32,000 bases of DNA from Maribellus sp. CM-23 (GTDB lineage: Bacteria; Bacteroidota; Bacteroidia; Bacteroidales; Prolixibacteraceae), in assembly GCF_021354595.1 (NCBI RefSeq), contig NZ_JADWYJ010000001.1, positions 7,446 to 39,445 of the forward strand. The letters are read 5' to 3'. A program made the translations under genes and the position numbers. Below are positions 15,927-24,853 of this stretch, one piece after another. How positions within the stretch are numbered: the first letter of the stretch is position 1; every line of letters begins with the position of its first letter. The notes under the pieces were generated by a model. That model was not told where the DNA came from. It made no database searches and saw nothing but the letters and a program-made list of their open reading frames with translations.

Positions 15927-17450
15927 TCAATGTTTTCTGCTTTCGATCTCCTCGCGCAGAATATCGTTGATCGAAACTTTTGCCGCTTGCAAAAGATAGA
16001 CACTGGTTCCGCGCTCCCTTGCATAGGGATTTTGAATTTTTCCGATCAAACTGATTTTCTCAAAAAACGCACGTTCACGGGTTCGTTCCGGATCGTCGTC
16101 GTCGCTAGTCTGCACCAGGATGACATTTTCAATTTTAAACTCGTCCAGCGGATACCAGAAAATATAATCGGCGTTCATCGAAAGAGCTTCGGTATATTTT
16201 TGCTTAGAGTAATAGTTAATTGCTCCGGCCTGCCCGTAATTATCGCAATGAATGATAGTATGTGCCTTGTCGTCCACCAAAGTAAAAGCCGAATCAACCA
16301 AATGTGCCAGTTCTCTCCAGCCCTGCATGTCGGCATAGTCTTGCGGAAGGTCGTGCAGTTGCCCGTCTTCCCAGCGATTGGCTCCGTATTTATTAAACAA
16401 TTCCTGTTTTTCAAGTATTTGCCCGGGCGAATAAACGGGGAGCATTATGGGTGCAACAGGCATAAAAACCAGCACCGGAACCAAAATTACAGGAATACGA
16501 AGATACCGTAGCCATCCGCTTGAAAGCAGTTTTTCGAAATAAACCGCACCAAAGGCGATAAAAGCCGGGTACAGTCCGATGCTGTAATAGTTTTTGGCTC
16601 TCAGATAGGTAAAAATGACCATGGTAAATACAAAAGCGTAGAAAAACACCCGGTAATTTTTGTGCGGTTGATACGTATAAAACGAAACAAAAGCCAGCAA
16701 AATTACCAACAAAGATCCGGGGAAAAAGACAAGCTGGTCTATCAGAAAGTCAGCCCGGTTAACATTTACCAGTTGGGTACTTGCCAGTGTCTGCATATGA
16801 GTTACCAAAGGCAGGGCATTACTGATTTGCCAGACTACATTGGGTAACACCAGCAGCACCGCCAGCAAAGCGGCCAGCCAGAAGTGTTTGTTTTTTAAAA
16901 CCGTGCGCTGCGGCGTAAGTAAAATAGCCGGAACAAGACCAAGCACCAAAAAGCCAATGTTGTATTTGTTTAGCAGCCCAAGTGCTAAAACTACAGCCGT
17001 ATAGTACAGCCAGCGGTTCTCCTGGGTTTTAATGTATTTCAGGAGAGTAAAAAAGAGCAGTGTCCAGCACAAAAAGTCGAGTGAGTTGGGCTGATACAGA
17101 ATATTAATGCGTACAAACACCGAGAACAAAACGCTTGTTGCCGCCAGTATTTGTGCAAACAGGCCGCCGTTGAGCTCTTCCACTATTTTCCACACCACCC
17201 AAATTACCAGGGCACCAAACAATGCCGGAAAAAATTTCACCCAGAAAACACTGTTTCCGAGCAGCAAGATAAGCGATGAAAGCAGCCCCGTAAGCGGCGG
17301 AACCGAAGTATACCCCCAGGCCAGGTGTTTGCCCAAATCGATGTGCAGGAATTCGTCGCGGTGTAATTCGTAAACCGGGTTAATGGCAAAATACTGTAGC
17401 ACAAATTTAAGCACGATAAACGCCAGCAGGATGTATTTACTTTTCTTCAT
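15927..17450 (-). CDS. Family 39 glycosyltransferase (ArnT/PMT-like, polyprenyl-phosphate-sugar dependent)
   Basis: From MKKSKYILLAFIVLKF there are about 11-12 TM helices. YELHRDEFLHIDLGKHLAWGY resembles the DE-containing first periplasmic loop of GT-C/GT39 enzymes. The C-terminal domain is soluble. The track's 43-residue N-terminal extension is non-hydrophobic and probably not translated. Confidence 0.75.
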   Translation of the reverse strand: MKKSKYILLAFIVLKFVLQYFAINPVYELHRDEFLHIDLGKHLAWGYTSVPPLTGLLSSLILLLGNSVFWVKFFPALFGALVIWVVWKIVEELNGGLFAQILAATSVLFSVFVRINILYQPNSLDFLCWTLLFFTLLKYIKTQENRWLYYTAVVLALGLLNKYNIGFLVLGLVPAILLTPQRTVLKNKHFWLAALLAVLLVLPNVVWQISNALPLVTHMQTLASTQLVNVNRADFLIDQLVFFPGSLLVILLAFVSFYTYQPHKNYRVFFYAFVFTMVIFTYLRAKNYYSIGLYPAFIAFGAVYFEKLLSSGWLRYLRIPVILVPVLVFMPVAPIMLPVYSPGQILEKQELFNKYGANRWEDGQLHDLPQDYADMQGWRELAHLVDSAFTLVDDKAHTIIHCDNYGQAGAINYYSKQKYTEALSMNADYIFWYPLDEFKIENVILVQTSDDDDPERTRERAFFEKISLIGKIQNPYARERGTSVYLLQAAKVSINDILREEIESRKH

Positions 17451-17655
17451 GACCTTTGGTTGGGTAAATTTTGCAAGGACACGAAAGGTACTTCTTTTTG
17501 CAACTCCCAACAACGTTTTAAGGCAAGTACCCACATTGCTTCTGTGAACTGTGCTTTTGTACAGACAAACTCTGTCCATCTCCCTTCCAACAACACGTAA
17601 GAAGACCTGCGCAACATTAAACCCAAAACTGCGACTGAAGACTGCGAACTAAAAC

Positions 17656-18432
17656 CTACTCCTCCTTCTTCGCCTCCTCCCAAATCTCATCCATTTCGGC
17701 CAGGCTCATATCGTGTAGGTTTTTACCTTTTAAAAGTGTTTGGCTTTCGAGGTAATTAAAGCGTTTAATGAATTTCAGGTTGGTGCGTTCGAGCGCCGCT
17801 TCGGGATCGATCCCGTACAAACGGGCCGCGTTCACCATGGCAAAAAACAGGTCGCCAAATTCGGCTTCCATCTTGTCTTCGTCCACTTTATCAATTTCGT
17901 GGCTCAGCTCGTTCACTTCTTCCCTCACTTTATCCCACACCTGTTCGCGGTATTCCCAATCGAAACCAACGCCACTGGCTTTTTCCTGAATACGGTTGGC
18001 TTTTACCAGCGCCGGCATGGCTATTGGCACACCTTCCAACACCCGTTTGTTGCCACCTTTTTCTTTTAATTTGAGCGCCTCCCAGTTTTCTACCACCGTC
18101 CGCGCCGAACCATCCACATCCGTATCACCAAAAACATGCGGATGCCGGTAAACCAGCTTTTTATTGATTCCTTCCAACACATCACCCATGTCGAAAGCGC
18201 CTTTCTCGGAACCTATTTTTGCATAAAAAACAATGTGCAGCATCAAGTCGCCCAATTCCTTTTTTATTTCCTGAAGATCGTTTTTCAGAATGGCATCTCC
18301 CAACTCATAAGTCTCTTCAATCGTTAATTTCCGCAACGACTCCAGCGTTTGTTCCTTGTCCCACGGACATTTTTTGCGGAGCTCATCCATTATCGCAAGT
18401 AATTCTTTAAAAGCCTCTATTTTTCGTTCCAT
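17656..18432 (-). CDS. mazG: Nucleoside triphosphate pyrophosphohydrolase MazG
   Basis: Tandem MazG domains: LRKKCPWDKEQTLESLRKLTIEETYELGDAI...ELGDLMLHIVF and EEVNELSHEI...EFGDLFFAMVNAARL. Confidence 0.9.
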   Translation of the reverse strand: MERKIEAFKELLAIMDELRKKCPWDKEQTLESLRKLTIEETYELGDAILKNDLQEIKKELGDLMLHIVFYAKIGSEKGAFDMGDVLEGINKKLVYRHPHVFGDTDVDGSARTVVENWEALKLKEKGGNKRVLEGVPIAMPALVKANRIQEKASGVGFDWEYREQVWDKVREEVNELSHEIDKVDEDKMEAEFGDLFFAMVNAARLYGIDPEAALERTNLKFIKRFNYLESQTLLKGKNLHDMSLAEMDEIWEEAKKEE

Positions 18433-18648
18433 CGTTTGCTGTTTAATATTCCCGAATTTAACGAATCTCATCCATCGGGGTTGAAGTAATCGGGCAAAGT
18501 TATTGAAAATTAAAAATCAAACAGGTTTTGTATCCTGTAAGAAAAAATTGTTTTGCGAAAACGTTCGTACAGACCTTTTACAATCAATGCCCAACACACA
18601 AATTTATTTTGTAATTTTGGGCACATTCAAAAACAATAGAATAAGCAC

Positions 18649-19647
18649 TTGGATAAACAAATATTACTGGAAGGAATTGACCCGCTGGAGTTTTTCGGGA
18701 TCAATAATGCGAAGATCGAACTGATAAAAAAACTCTTTCCCAAAATCAACATTGTAGCCCGTGGCAATGCCCTCTTTGTTCAGGGCGAGCCCAAAGAAAT
18801 AAAAGCATTTGAGAAGAAGTTTGCGCTTATTTTGGATCATTATTATCAATACAATATTCTTACCGAAGAAATTATTATTGAACTGATGCAAAGCGGTGTT
18901 TCTTCGATGGAAGAAAACGGCGGAAGCGAACCCGACATCATTGTTTTTGGCAACAGTGGAAAACCGGTGAGAGCGCGTACTCCCAACCAACACAGGTTGC
19001 TGGAAGAATCGGCGAAAAACGATCTTATTTTTGCCATCGGCCCTGCCGGAACCGGTAAAACCTACACCGCCATTGCATTGGCAGTCAGGGCACTCAAAAA
19101 CAAGGAGATCCGCAAAATAATACTGAGCCGCCCAGCTGTGGAAGCCGGTGAAAACCTGGGTTTTTTACCCGGCGATCTGAAGGATAAAATCGACCCGTAC
19201 CTGCAACCGCTTTACGATGCTTTGCAGGACATGATTCCGCTAAAAAAACTGGAAGAGTTCATGAAAGACGGCACCATTCAGATTGCACCGCTGGCCTTTA
19301 TGCGTGGACGAACGTTAAGCAATGCTTATGTAATTCTGGACGAAGCGCAGAATACCACGATCAACCAGCTTAAAATGTTTCTGACCCGAATGGGCTTAAA
19401 TGCCAAATTCATCATTACGGGCGACATTACACAGATCGACCTGCCAAGAAAAAGTCATTCGGGTTTGATCCAGGCGTTGAAAATCCTGAAAAACATCGAA
19501 GGCATTTCAACCATTCATTTCGACAAAAAAGACATTGTTCGTCACCGTTTGGTACGCGACATTGTGGATGCCTACGACAAACACCAGGAAGAGCGAGAAA
19601 GAGAGAAGGAAAAAGCGGAGGCTGAGGAAAAGAGGGGAAAACATTAG
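18649..19647 (+). CDS. phoH: PhoH family ATPase (PhoH/YbeZ)
   Basis: Walker A IGPAGTGKTYTAIALAV, Walker B YVILDEAQN, and FIITGDITQIDLP. TTG start at 18649. The tail is charged (EEREREKEKAEAEEKRGKH). Confidence 0.9.
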   Translation: MDKQILLEGIDPLEFFGINNAKIELIKKLFPKINIVARGNALFVQGEPKEIKAFEKKFALILDHYYQYNILTEEIIIELMQSGVSSMEENGGSEPDIIVFGNSGKPVRARTPNQHRLLEESAKNDLIFAIGPAGTGKTYTAIALAVRALKNKEIRKIILSRPAVEAGENLGFLPGDLKDKIDPYLQPLYDALQDMIPLKKLEEFMKDGTIQIAPLAFMRGRTLSNAYVILDEAQNTTINQLKMFLTRMGLNAKFIITGDITQIDLPRKSHSGLIQALKILKNIEGISTIHFDKKDIVRHRLVRDIVDAYDKHQEEREREKEKAEAEEKRGKH

Positions 19648-19761
19648 CTGTTTAGAACGAGTGATAAAAACTTTAAACTTTTGCGGGCTAAATTTGTATA
19701 AAAAACAACTCCCAACGAACAACTGGAAATTTAAAATTCAATCATAATTAAAAACAATACA

Positions 19762-20706
19762 ATGAGTAACGCATTAACAAAAACCGAGTTTAACTTTCCG
19801 GGCCAGAAAAGCTTTTACAAAGGAAAAGTACGCGACGTGTACAATATCAACGACGATTACCTGGTAATGGTGGTTTCCGACCGTATTTCTGCATTTGATG
19901 TGGTGCTTCCCAAAGGAATCCCTTACAAAGGACAGGTATTGAACCAGATTGCCGAAAAGTTTCTGGATGCCACTTCAGATATTGTTCCCAACTGGAAAAT
20001 TGAATCGCCCGATCCAAACGTAACCGTTGGACACATGTGCGAACCCTATAAAGTTGAAATGGTGATTCGCGGATACCTTACCGGCCACGCATGGCGTGAG
20101 TACAGTGCCGGAAAAAGAACACTTTGCGGTGTTGCAATGCCTGAAGGAATGGTGGAAAATCAGAAATTCCCCGAACCGATTCTGACACCAACGACGAAAG
20201 CCGACGAAGGTCACGACGAAGATATTTCGAGAGAAGATATTATTGCGCAGGGATTGGTTGACAAAGCAGAATACGAAATGCTGGAAGATTATACCCGTAA
20301 ACTTTTCCAACGCGGAACTGAAATGGCTGCAGAGAAAGGGTTGATTTTGGTTGATACCAAATACGAATTTGGCAAGAAAGACGGAAAGATCTACCTGATC
20401 GACGAAATTCACACACCCGACTCATCACGCTATTTTTATGCTGAAGGCTACCAAGAAAGACTGGAAAAAGGCGAAAAGCAAAAACAGCTTTCCAAGGAAT
20501 TTGTTCGCCAGTGGCTGATCGAGAACGGCTTCCAGGGAAAAGACGGACAGACCATTCCGGCAATGAGCGAAGAATTTGTAAACTCGGTTTCGGATCGTTA
20601 CATCGAACTTTTCGAGAACATTACCGGCGATACCTTTGTGAAGTCTGACACATCGGCGATTAACGGACGAATTGAAAAGGCCGTGAATGATTTTCTGAAG
20701 AAATAG
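19762..20706 (+). CDS. purC: Phosphoribosylaminoimidazole-succinocarboxamide synthase (long form)
   Basis: [31 protein letters not shown] and [13 protein letters not shown] are SAICAR synthetase signatures. Confidence 0.93.
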   Translation: MSNALTKTEFNFPGQKSFYKGKVRDVYNINDDYLVMVVSDRISAFDVVLPKGIPYKGQVLNQIAEKFLDATSDIVPNWKIESPDPNVTVGHMCEPYKVEMVIRGYLTGHAWREYSAGKRTLCGVAMPEGMVENQKFPEPILTPTTKADEGHDEDISREDIIAQGLVDKAEYEMLEDYTRKLFQRGTEMAAEKGLILVDTKYEFGKKDGKIYLIDEIHTPDSSRYFYAEGYQERLEKGEKQKQLSKEFVRQWLIENGFQGKDGQTIPAMSEEFVNSVSDRYIELFENITGDTFVKSDTSAINGRIEKAVNDFLKK

Positions 20707-20732
20707 AACTTCAATAAAATACAAGTTTTAAA

Positions 20733-20765
20733 ACACCTGTCGTATTTACGGCAGGTGTTTTTTTA
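20733..20765 (+). terminator. Rho-independent terminator after purC
   Basis: ACACCTGTCG / CGGCAGGTGT stem (one G-T pair) with a 5-nt loop, followed by a run of 7 T (TTTTTTTATTATT). Confidence 0.8.
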
Positions 20766-20813
20766 TTATTACATTGCAGATCAAGCACAAAAACTAAAAA
20801 CAACAGCTGCCAA

Positions 20814-22292
20814 ATGCGAACCAAAACCTTTCTATTGTTTTTACTGACGTTGTTGATCACGAATAAAGTCAGTGCCCAAAAAGAATACATTTCACGGGAA
20901 GTTGCGAAGAAAAACTACCAGGGCTACCTGCAAATGCAGGATTCAAACTATACCGAAGCGATCAAGTTTTTTGACGAAGCGATTACCAAAGACCCCGACG
21001 CCTTCTTTGTTTACCAGAATCGGGCGATATGCCGTCTTGAGCTCAAAGATACCCTTGGAGCCATTTCCGATTTCAAGATGAATATCAAACTAGAACCTGC
21101 CAACACAGAAACAAGATATGCACTCGGAAACATCTACAAAAAGCAAAACGATTCACTCAATGCCGTATACTATTTCAGGCAAGCCATTGAGAAAGCCGAT
21201 ATGGAATACAACCAAACCAAACTACTCTTTATGAATAACTTTGTTGGGCATGTGTACCGCCAGCAGCAAAAATGGGATTCAGCATTGGTTTATTACGACC
21301 AGGTAAAGAAATACACCCCGCAAGATGCTTCTGTTTATATCAATTCCGCCGTATGTTATTATCACCTCGACAGCACTGAACTTTTTTGCAGCGACCTCGA
21401 ACGTTCCTTTATTTTAGGTGGTGCCGTAAATTGTTTTACATTAAAAGGACTTTGCAACGGCTGTTCTCATTTACTTGCCGAACGTGGCGGCAATATCGAC
21501 ACAACTTCAATGAAGCTCGATTCCCGGCTAAGTACTATAATTTCAGATACGATTAGCTATCATTTTGGCAACAGAGCACTCGCAGGTTTGTCATATCCCG
21601 AAAAATCAAGAAAAGTAAAGATCTACTACAACCATCTTTGGCAAATTTGTTTGCCTGAAAATGCGTCGTACTACCGCGAAGCTTTCTGGGCACAGCATGT
21701 TAACTACTTTGGAGGAAGCTTTACCGATTATTACCGGGATGGAAATCTCTATGCCAAAGGACGCATTGAAAGCACACAACTTACGGACGACTATGTTTCT
21801 TATTACCCAAATGGTTCTGAAAAAATAAAAGGACGTTTTGCCAAAGGGCTTCCGGTGGGCAGATGGACCTGGTTCAAAGAAGATGGGCAAGCCGCCTTCC
21901 AAGTGGCCTTTCTAATGGACGAATTTAAAATTCAATGGATGGATTCTTCCCATCCAGATTATGCCGTTAATTCGGGTACAGGAAAATTCACCCTAATGCT
22001 GGACAATTGGAACGGCTTTTCGTTTGAACTCCAGGGTGAGTACCAAAACGAAGAGCGCAACGGAAAATGGCAGTATATTCAGGGAGGTAAAGTAATTATT
22101 TCAGAGAATTTTAAGAAGGGAGCCTTTAAATCGGGATTTGCAACAACGGATAACGGAAAGGTTAATCTGACCAATACGGCTTTGAAGGCGCTTACCTTTG
22201 TTCCTCCCCAGCTTACGCAGGTAAGAAATCTGTTTTTTGATTCCATTGAAGCAGCAAACCACTATTCTTTTATCCAAAAATTTGGGTTTTAA
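20814..22292 (+). CDS. Secreted TPR-repeat protein with C-terminal MORN/YwqK-like repeats
   Basis: Signal peptide MRTKTFLLFLLTLLITNKVSAQ. TPR-like helices occur at AIKFFDEAITKDPD, YALGNIYKKQND and ALVYYDQVKKYTPQD. The C-terminal segment, YYRDGNLYAKGRIE...YYPNGSEKIKGRFAKGLPVGRWTWFKEDG...ERNGKWQY, resembles MORN-variant repeats. Confidence 0.55.
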   Translation: MRTKTFLLFLLTLLITNKVSAQKEYISREVAKKNYQGYLQMQDSNYTEAIKFFDEAITKDPDAFFVYQNRAICRLELKDTLGAISDFKMNIKLEPANTETRYALGNIYKKQNDSLNAVYYFRQAIEKADMEYNQTKLLFMNNFVGHVYRQQQKWDSALVYYDQVKKYTPQDASVYINSAVCYYHLDSTELFCSDLERSFILGGAVNCFTLKGLCNGCSHLLAERGGNIDTTSMKLDSRLSTIISDTISYHFGNRALAGLSYPEKSRKVKIYYNHLWQICLPENASYYREAFWAQHVNYFGGSFTDYYRDGNLYAKGRIESTQLTDDYVSYYPNGSEKIKGRFAKGLPVGRWTWFKEDGQAAFQVAFLMDEFKIQWMDSSHPDYAVNSGTGKFTLMLDNWNGFSFELQGEYQNEERNGKWQYIQGGKVIISENFKKGAFKSGFATTDNGKVNLTNTALKALTFVPPQLTQVRNLFFDSIEAANHYSFIQKFGF

Positions 22293-22385
22293 GCCGCGAA
22301 TTTATTTTCTTCGCGTCAATTAATGGCTTGGTTTATAAGTACCAGGCAGAAGAATCAAATTTTGAACAAAGTCAATAACACCACC

Positions 22386-22895
22386 ATGAATAAGTTATTT
22401 ACCTTCCTTTTAATACTCTTCTCGGTACTGGTTTCAAACGCTCAGGATGAATTCACGTTGGCCAAACAAGGAGAAGCAGCACCCGATTTTAGCTTTGAAA
22501 CAGCACCCGGAAAAATGGTAAAACTGTCGGAACTAAAAGGAAAAGTAGTCTGGATCAATTTCTTTGCCACCTGGTGTCCTCCCTGCCGGAAAGAGCTTCC
22601 TCATTTACAAACAGAGGTTTACGACCAGTACAAGAACAACCAAGACTTTGTGCTCATTATTCTGGGGCGCGAACACTCGTGGGAAGAGCTTAACAAATTC
22701 AAGGCAGAACAAAATTTCACCATGCCTTTTTCTCCCGATCACGGAAGAAAAGTGTTCTCGCTTTATGCCCAACAAAATATTCCGCGAAATTTTATTGTCG
22801 ACAAAGAGGGTAATATCGCCTACTCTTCCATTGGCTTTAACGAGGAAGATTTTGCCAAAATAAAAGCCACCGTTGCCAGCCTACTGGCGAAATAA
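22386..22895 (+). CDS. TlpA-family thiol:disulfide oxidoreductase (thioredoxin fold)
   Basis: Signal peptide MNKLFTFLLILFSVLVSNAQ. Active site FFATWCPPCRKELPHL. The track's 21-residue N-terminal extension is unlikely to be real. Confidence 0.85.
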   Translation: MNKLFTFLLILFSVLVSNAQDEFTLAKQGEAAPDFSFETAPGKMVKLSELKGKVVWINFFATWCPPCRKELPHLQTEVYDQYKNNQDFVLIILGREHSWEELNKFKAEQNFTMPFSPDHGRKVFSLYAQQNIPRNFIVDKEGNIAYSSIGFNEEDFAKIKATVASLLAK

Positions 22896-23311
22896 CAAAC
22901 GAAGAAGCTCTTCCATCCCTTCCTTGCAGGCTACCCGGTTTGAATTGATGTGAGAGATAAAACTCCTTACAGATAGCCAACAAGCTATGTCTGTAGACAT
23001 ATTTAACTTCCTAAACACATTAAGAGTCTGGAAATAAACGCCACATCATCCCTCAACCTGCCCCAAATTTCTGTCTGTAGGAAGTTCGGCCAAATGATTT
23101 ACACTAAAATAAGAGGTAGCCGAACATGCGTCCTTTTTGGCCGCACAACATCGGGATCAGTCTCCCTTGAAAAAATGCAATATAAACAGGTCAAAGCTTA
23201 CAAAAAGTCAATTCCCATTTTTCATCCATCCACTAAACCACACTGAATACCAAAGAAACCATTGATCGGCTGCACAAAACACCCTCAACCAAAACGTTTA
23301 TAGGCCCCAAC

Positions 23312-23336
23312 TTTTATTGACCAAATGTCAATAAAA
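23312..23336. promoter_or_regulatory. Perfect 10-bp inverted repeat TTTTATTGAC-N5-GTCAATAAAA upstream of the first S8 gene
   Basis: Read directly from the sequence. It ends 64 nt before the ATG at 23401. The corresponding segment seems absent from the homologous leader of the second S8 gene. Confidence 0.35.
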
Positions 23337-23400
23337 ACAAAATATATTATGTATATTGTAAAGGACAAACTCATTCTATCATTACACTCAACAATTAAAA

Positions 23401-24600
23401 ATGAAAAAAACGCTGTTTAAATTATTCGCATTGGCGTTTGTATTGACGTTGGCGAATGCATGTAACGACGCATTGGTACCCGATGACGTTGAAGAAAGTA
23501 TCGAACTAAAATCAGCGAACAGTGCTCAAAAGAGTTACATCGTTGTTTTACAGGACGCTGACCTTAACCTTGAACTGACAAAACTAAAAGGTTATGAGAA
23601 GAAACAACTAGCCGTACAATCAGCTTCGGAAAAGATCATTAAAAGAACCGGTGTTTCCGGAGCTGAAATTACTTTTACGTATGGAACAGCTGTAAAAGGC
23701 TTTGCAGTAAAAATGGCTCCCGGGCAATTGAAAAAATTGGAGAGCGATCCTTCTGTAAAATATATTAATGAAGACCAGGTAATCACCTTGGTTCAACCTT
23801 ATGTAAAAACAAAAGTTAAACCTGCACCGCAACCAACAGCAGAAGTTACTCCCTGGGGAATTGCGCGTGTTAACGGCGGTGTAACCTATACCGGAAACAA
23901 TAAAATATGGATCATCGATACAGGAATCGACCTGGATCACCCCGATCTGAATGTGGATTTGGTAAACGGATGGAATTTCGTTGCAAACACGCAGGTTGCT
24001 GACGATGACAACGGACACGGTTCACATTGTGCAGGCATTGCAGCAGCCATTGATAACTCGGAAGGTGTAATTGGCGTAGCTGCCGGTGCTACAGTGGTTC
24101 CGGTGAAGGTTCTAAACAGAAGAGGATCGGGCTCTTATTCCGCGATCATTGCCGGCGTTGATTGGGTAGCCGATCATGCAGCCACGGGCGATGTTGCCAA
24201 CATGAGTCTTGGCGGAGGCTATGATGCAACCTTAAATTCAGCCGTGGAAACAGCTGCCGCTCTGGGTATTAAATTCTCGCTTGCCGCCGGGAACGAAAGT
24301 ACCGATGCCAACACCAAATCGCCGGCCAGTGCCAACGGAGCAAATATCTATACCATTTCTGCCAGCGACGTGAACGATAATTGGGCCTATTTCTCCAATT
24401 ACGGCAATCCTCCTGTTGATTTTTGCGAGCCCGGTTACAGCATTTATTCTACTTACAAAGGCGGTGGTTACACAACCATGAGTGGAACATCGATGGCCGC
24501 ACCTCATGCTGCTGGTATCTTATTGCTGGGTAATATAAAACCCGATGGAACAGTAAATGGAGATCCTGATGGTAATCCAGATCCTATTGGAGTTCATTAG
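23401..24600 (+). CDS. S8 family serine peptidase (subtilisin-like) with N-terminal I9 inhibitor propeptide, lipoprotein
   Basis: Lipobox LANAC. I9-like region YIVVLQD...VKGFAVKMAPGQLKKLESDPSVKYINEDQV. Catalytic residues: Asp in IIDTGIDLDHPDL, His in NGHGSHCAG, Asn in AAGNES, Ser in SGTSMAAPHAAG. Confidence 0.92.
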   Translation: MKKTLFKLFALAFVLTLANACNDALVPDDVEESIELKSANSAQKSYIVVLQDADLNLELTKLKGYEKKQLAVQSASEKIIKRTGVSGAEITFTYGTAVKGFAVKMAPGQLKKLESDPSVKYINEDQVITLVQPYVKTKVKPAPQPTAEVTPWGIARVNGGVTYTGNNKIWIIDTGIDLDHPDLNVDLVNGWNFVANTQVADDDNGHGSHCAGIAAAIDNSEGVIGVAAGATVVPVKVLNRRGSGSYSAIIAGVDWVADHAATGDVANMSLGGGYDATLNSAVETAAALGIKFSLAAGNESTDANTKSPASANGANIYTISASDVNDNWAYFSNYGNPPVDFCEPGYSIYSTYKGGGYTTMSGTSMAAPHAAGILLLGNIKPDGTVNGDPDGNPDPIGVH

Positions 24601-24625
24601 AAAGAGAATCATATTTAAAGGCAAG

Positions 24626-24655
24626 CCCGGGGAATATCTCCCGGGTTTCTTTTTA
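24626..24655 (+). terminator. Rho-independent terminator after the first S8 gene
   Basis: CCCGGG-gaatatct-CCCGGG hairpin followed by TTTCTTTTT. Confidence 0.65.
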
Positions 24656-24853
24656 TGTATATTTCCTGACACCAACCCGAATTAACACTCCACTGACACG
24701 CAAACAAAAAACATCCTTACCCACTGAGATTAAACAAAATACCACCTGATCTGTTTGAAAGAAAACATAGAGCCGTTTTGCAACGTATAACAAACCTGAT
24801 TACATAAACACTAAGAATAAAAAGCAAACTCTATCTATTAATTCAAACTTACA

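Noticed and set aside
15927-17579. N-terminal extensions offered by the ORF track: GT39 +43 aa, TlpA +21 aa, recR +30 aa, mazG +13 aa and fabF +3 aa via TTG
   Set aside because: The extensions precede canonical family N-termini or signal peptides. For recR, the extension is also contradicted by a -7 promoter box lying inside it. Shorter starts are used in the feature table.
17628-17647. Direct repeat ACTGCGA x2 (13-nt period) downstream of mazG
   Set aside because: It is only 7 nt long, occurs twice, has no inverted-repeat partner and does not recur in the window. This is consistent with chance.
17656-19647. mazG next to phoH, a pair known as auxiliary genes in phage genomes, as a hint of a prophage
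   Set aside because: Both are full-length cellular-type versions (tandem-domain MazG and a PhoH/YbeZ ATPase). They are divergently transcribed and flanked by purC and a GT39 gene. No phage structural, integrase or repeat features are present.
23094-23246. 50-codon ORF (MIYTKIRGSRTCVLFGRTTSGS...) inside the long intergenic region before the first protease gene
   Set aside because: It has no recognisable motif, signal peptide or promoter, and its composition matches the surrounding non-coding sequence. It is below any length at which an open frame alone is evidence.
23401-23412. A7 homopolymer at codons 2-4 of both S8 genes (atgaaaaaaacg) as a slipped-strand phase-variation tract
   Set aside because: Seven A residues simply encode the Lys-Lys of a standard signal-peptide n-region. 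The tract is too short to be a convincing contingency locus.
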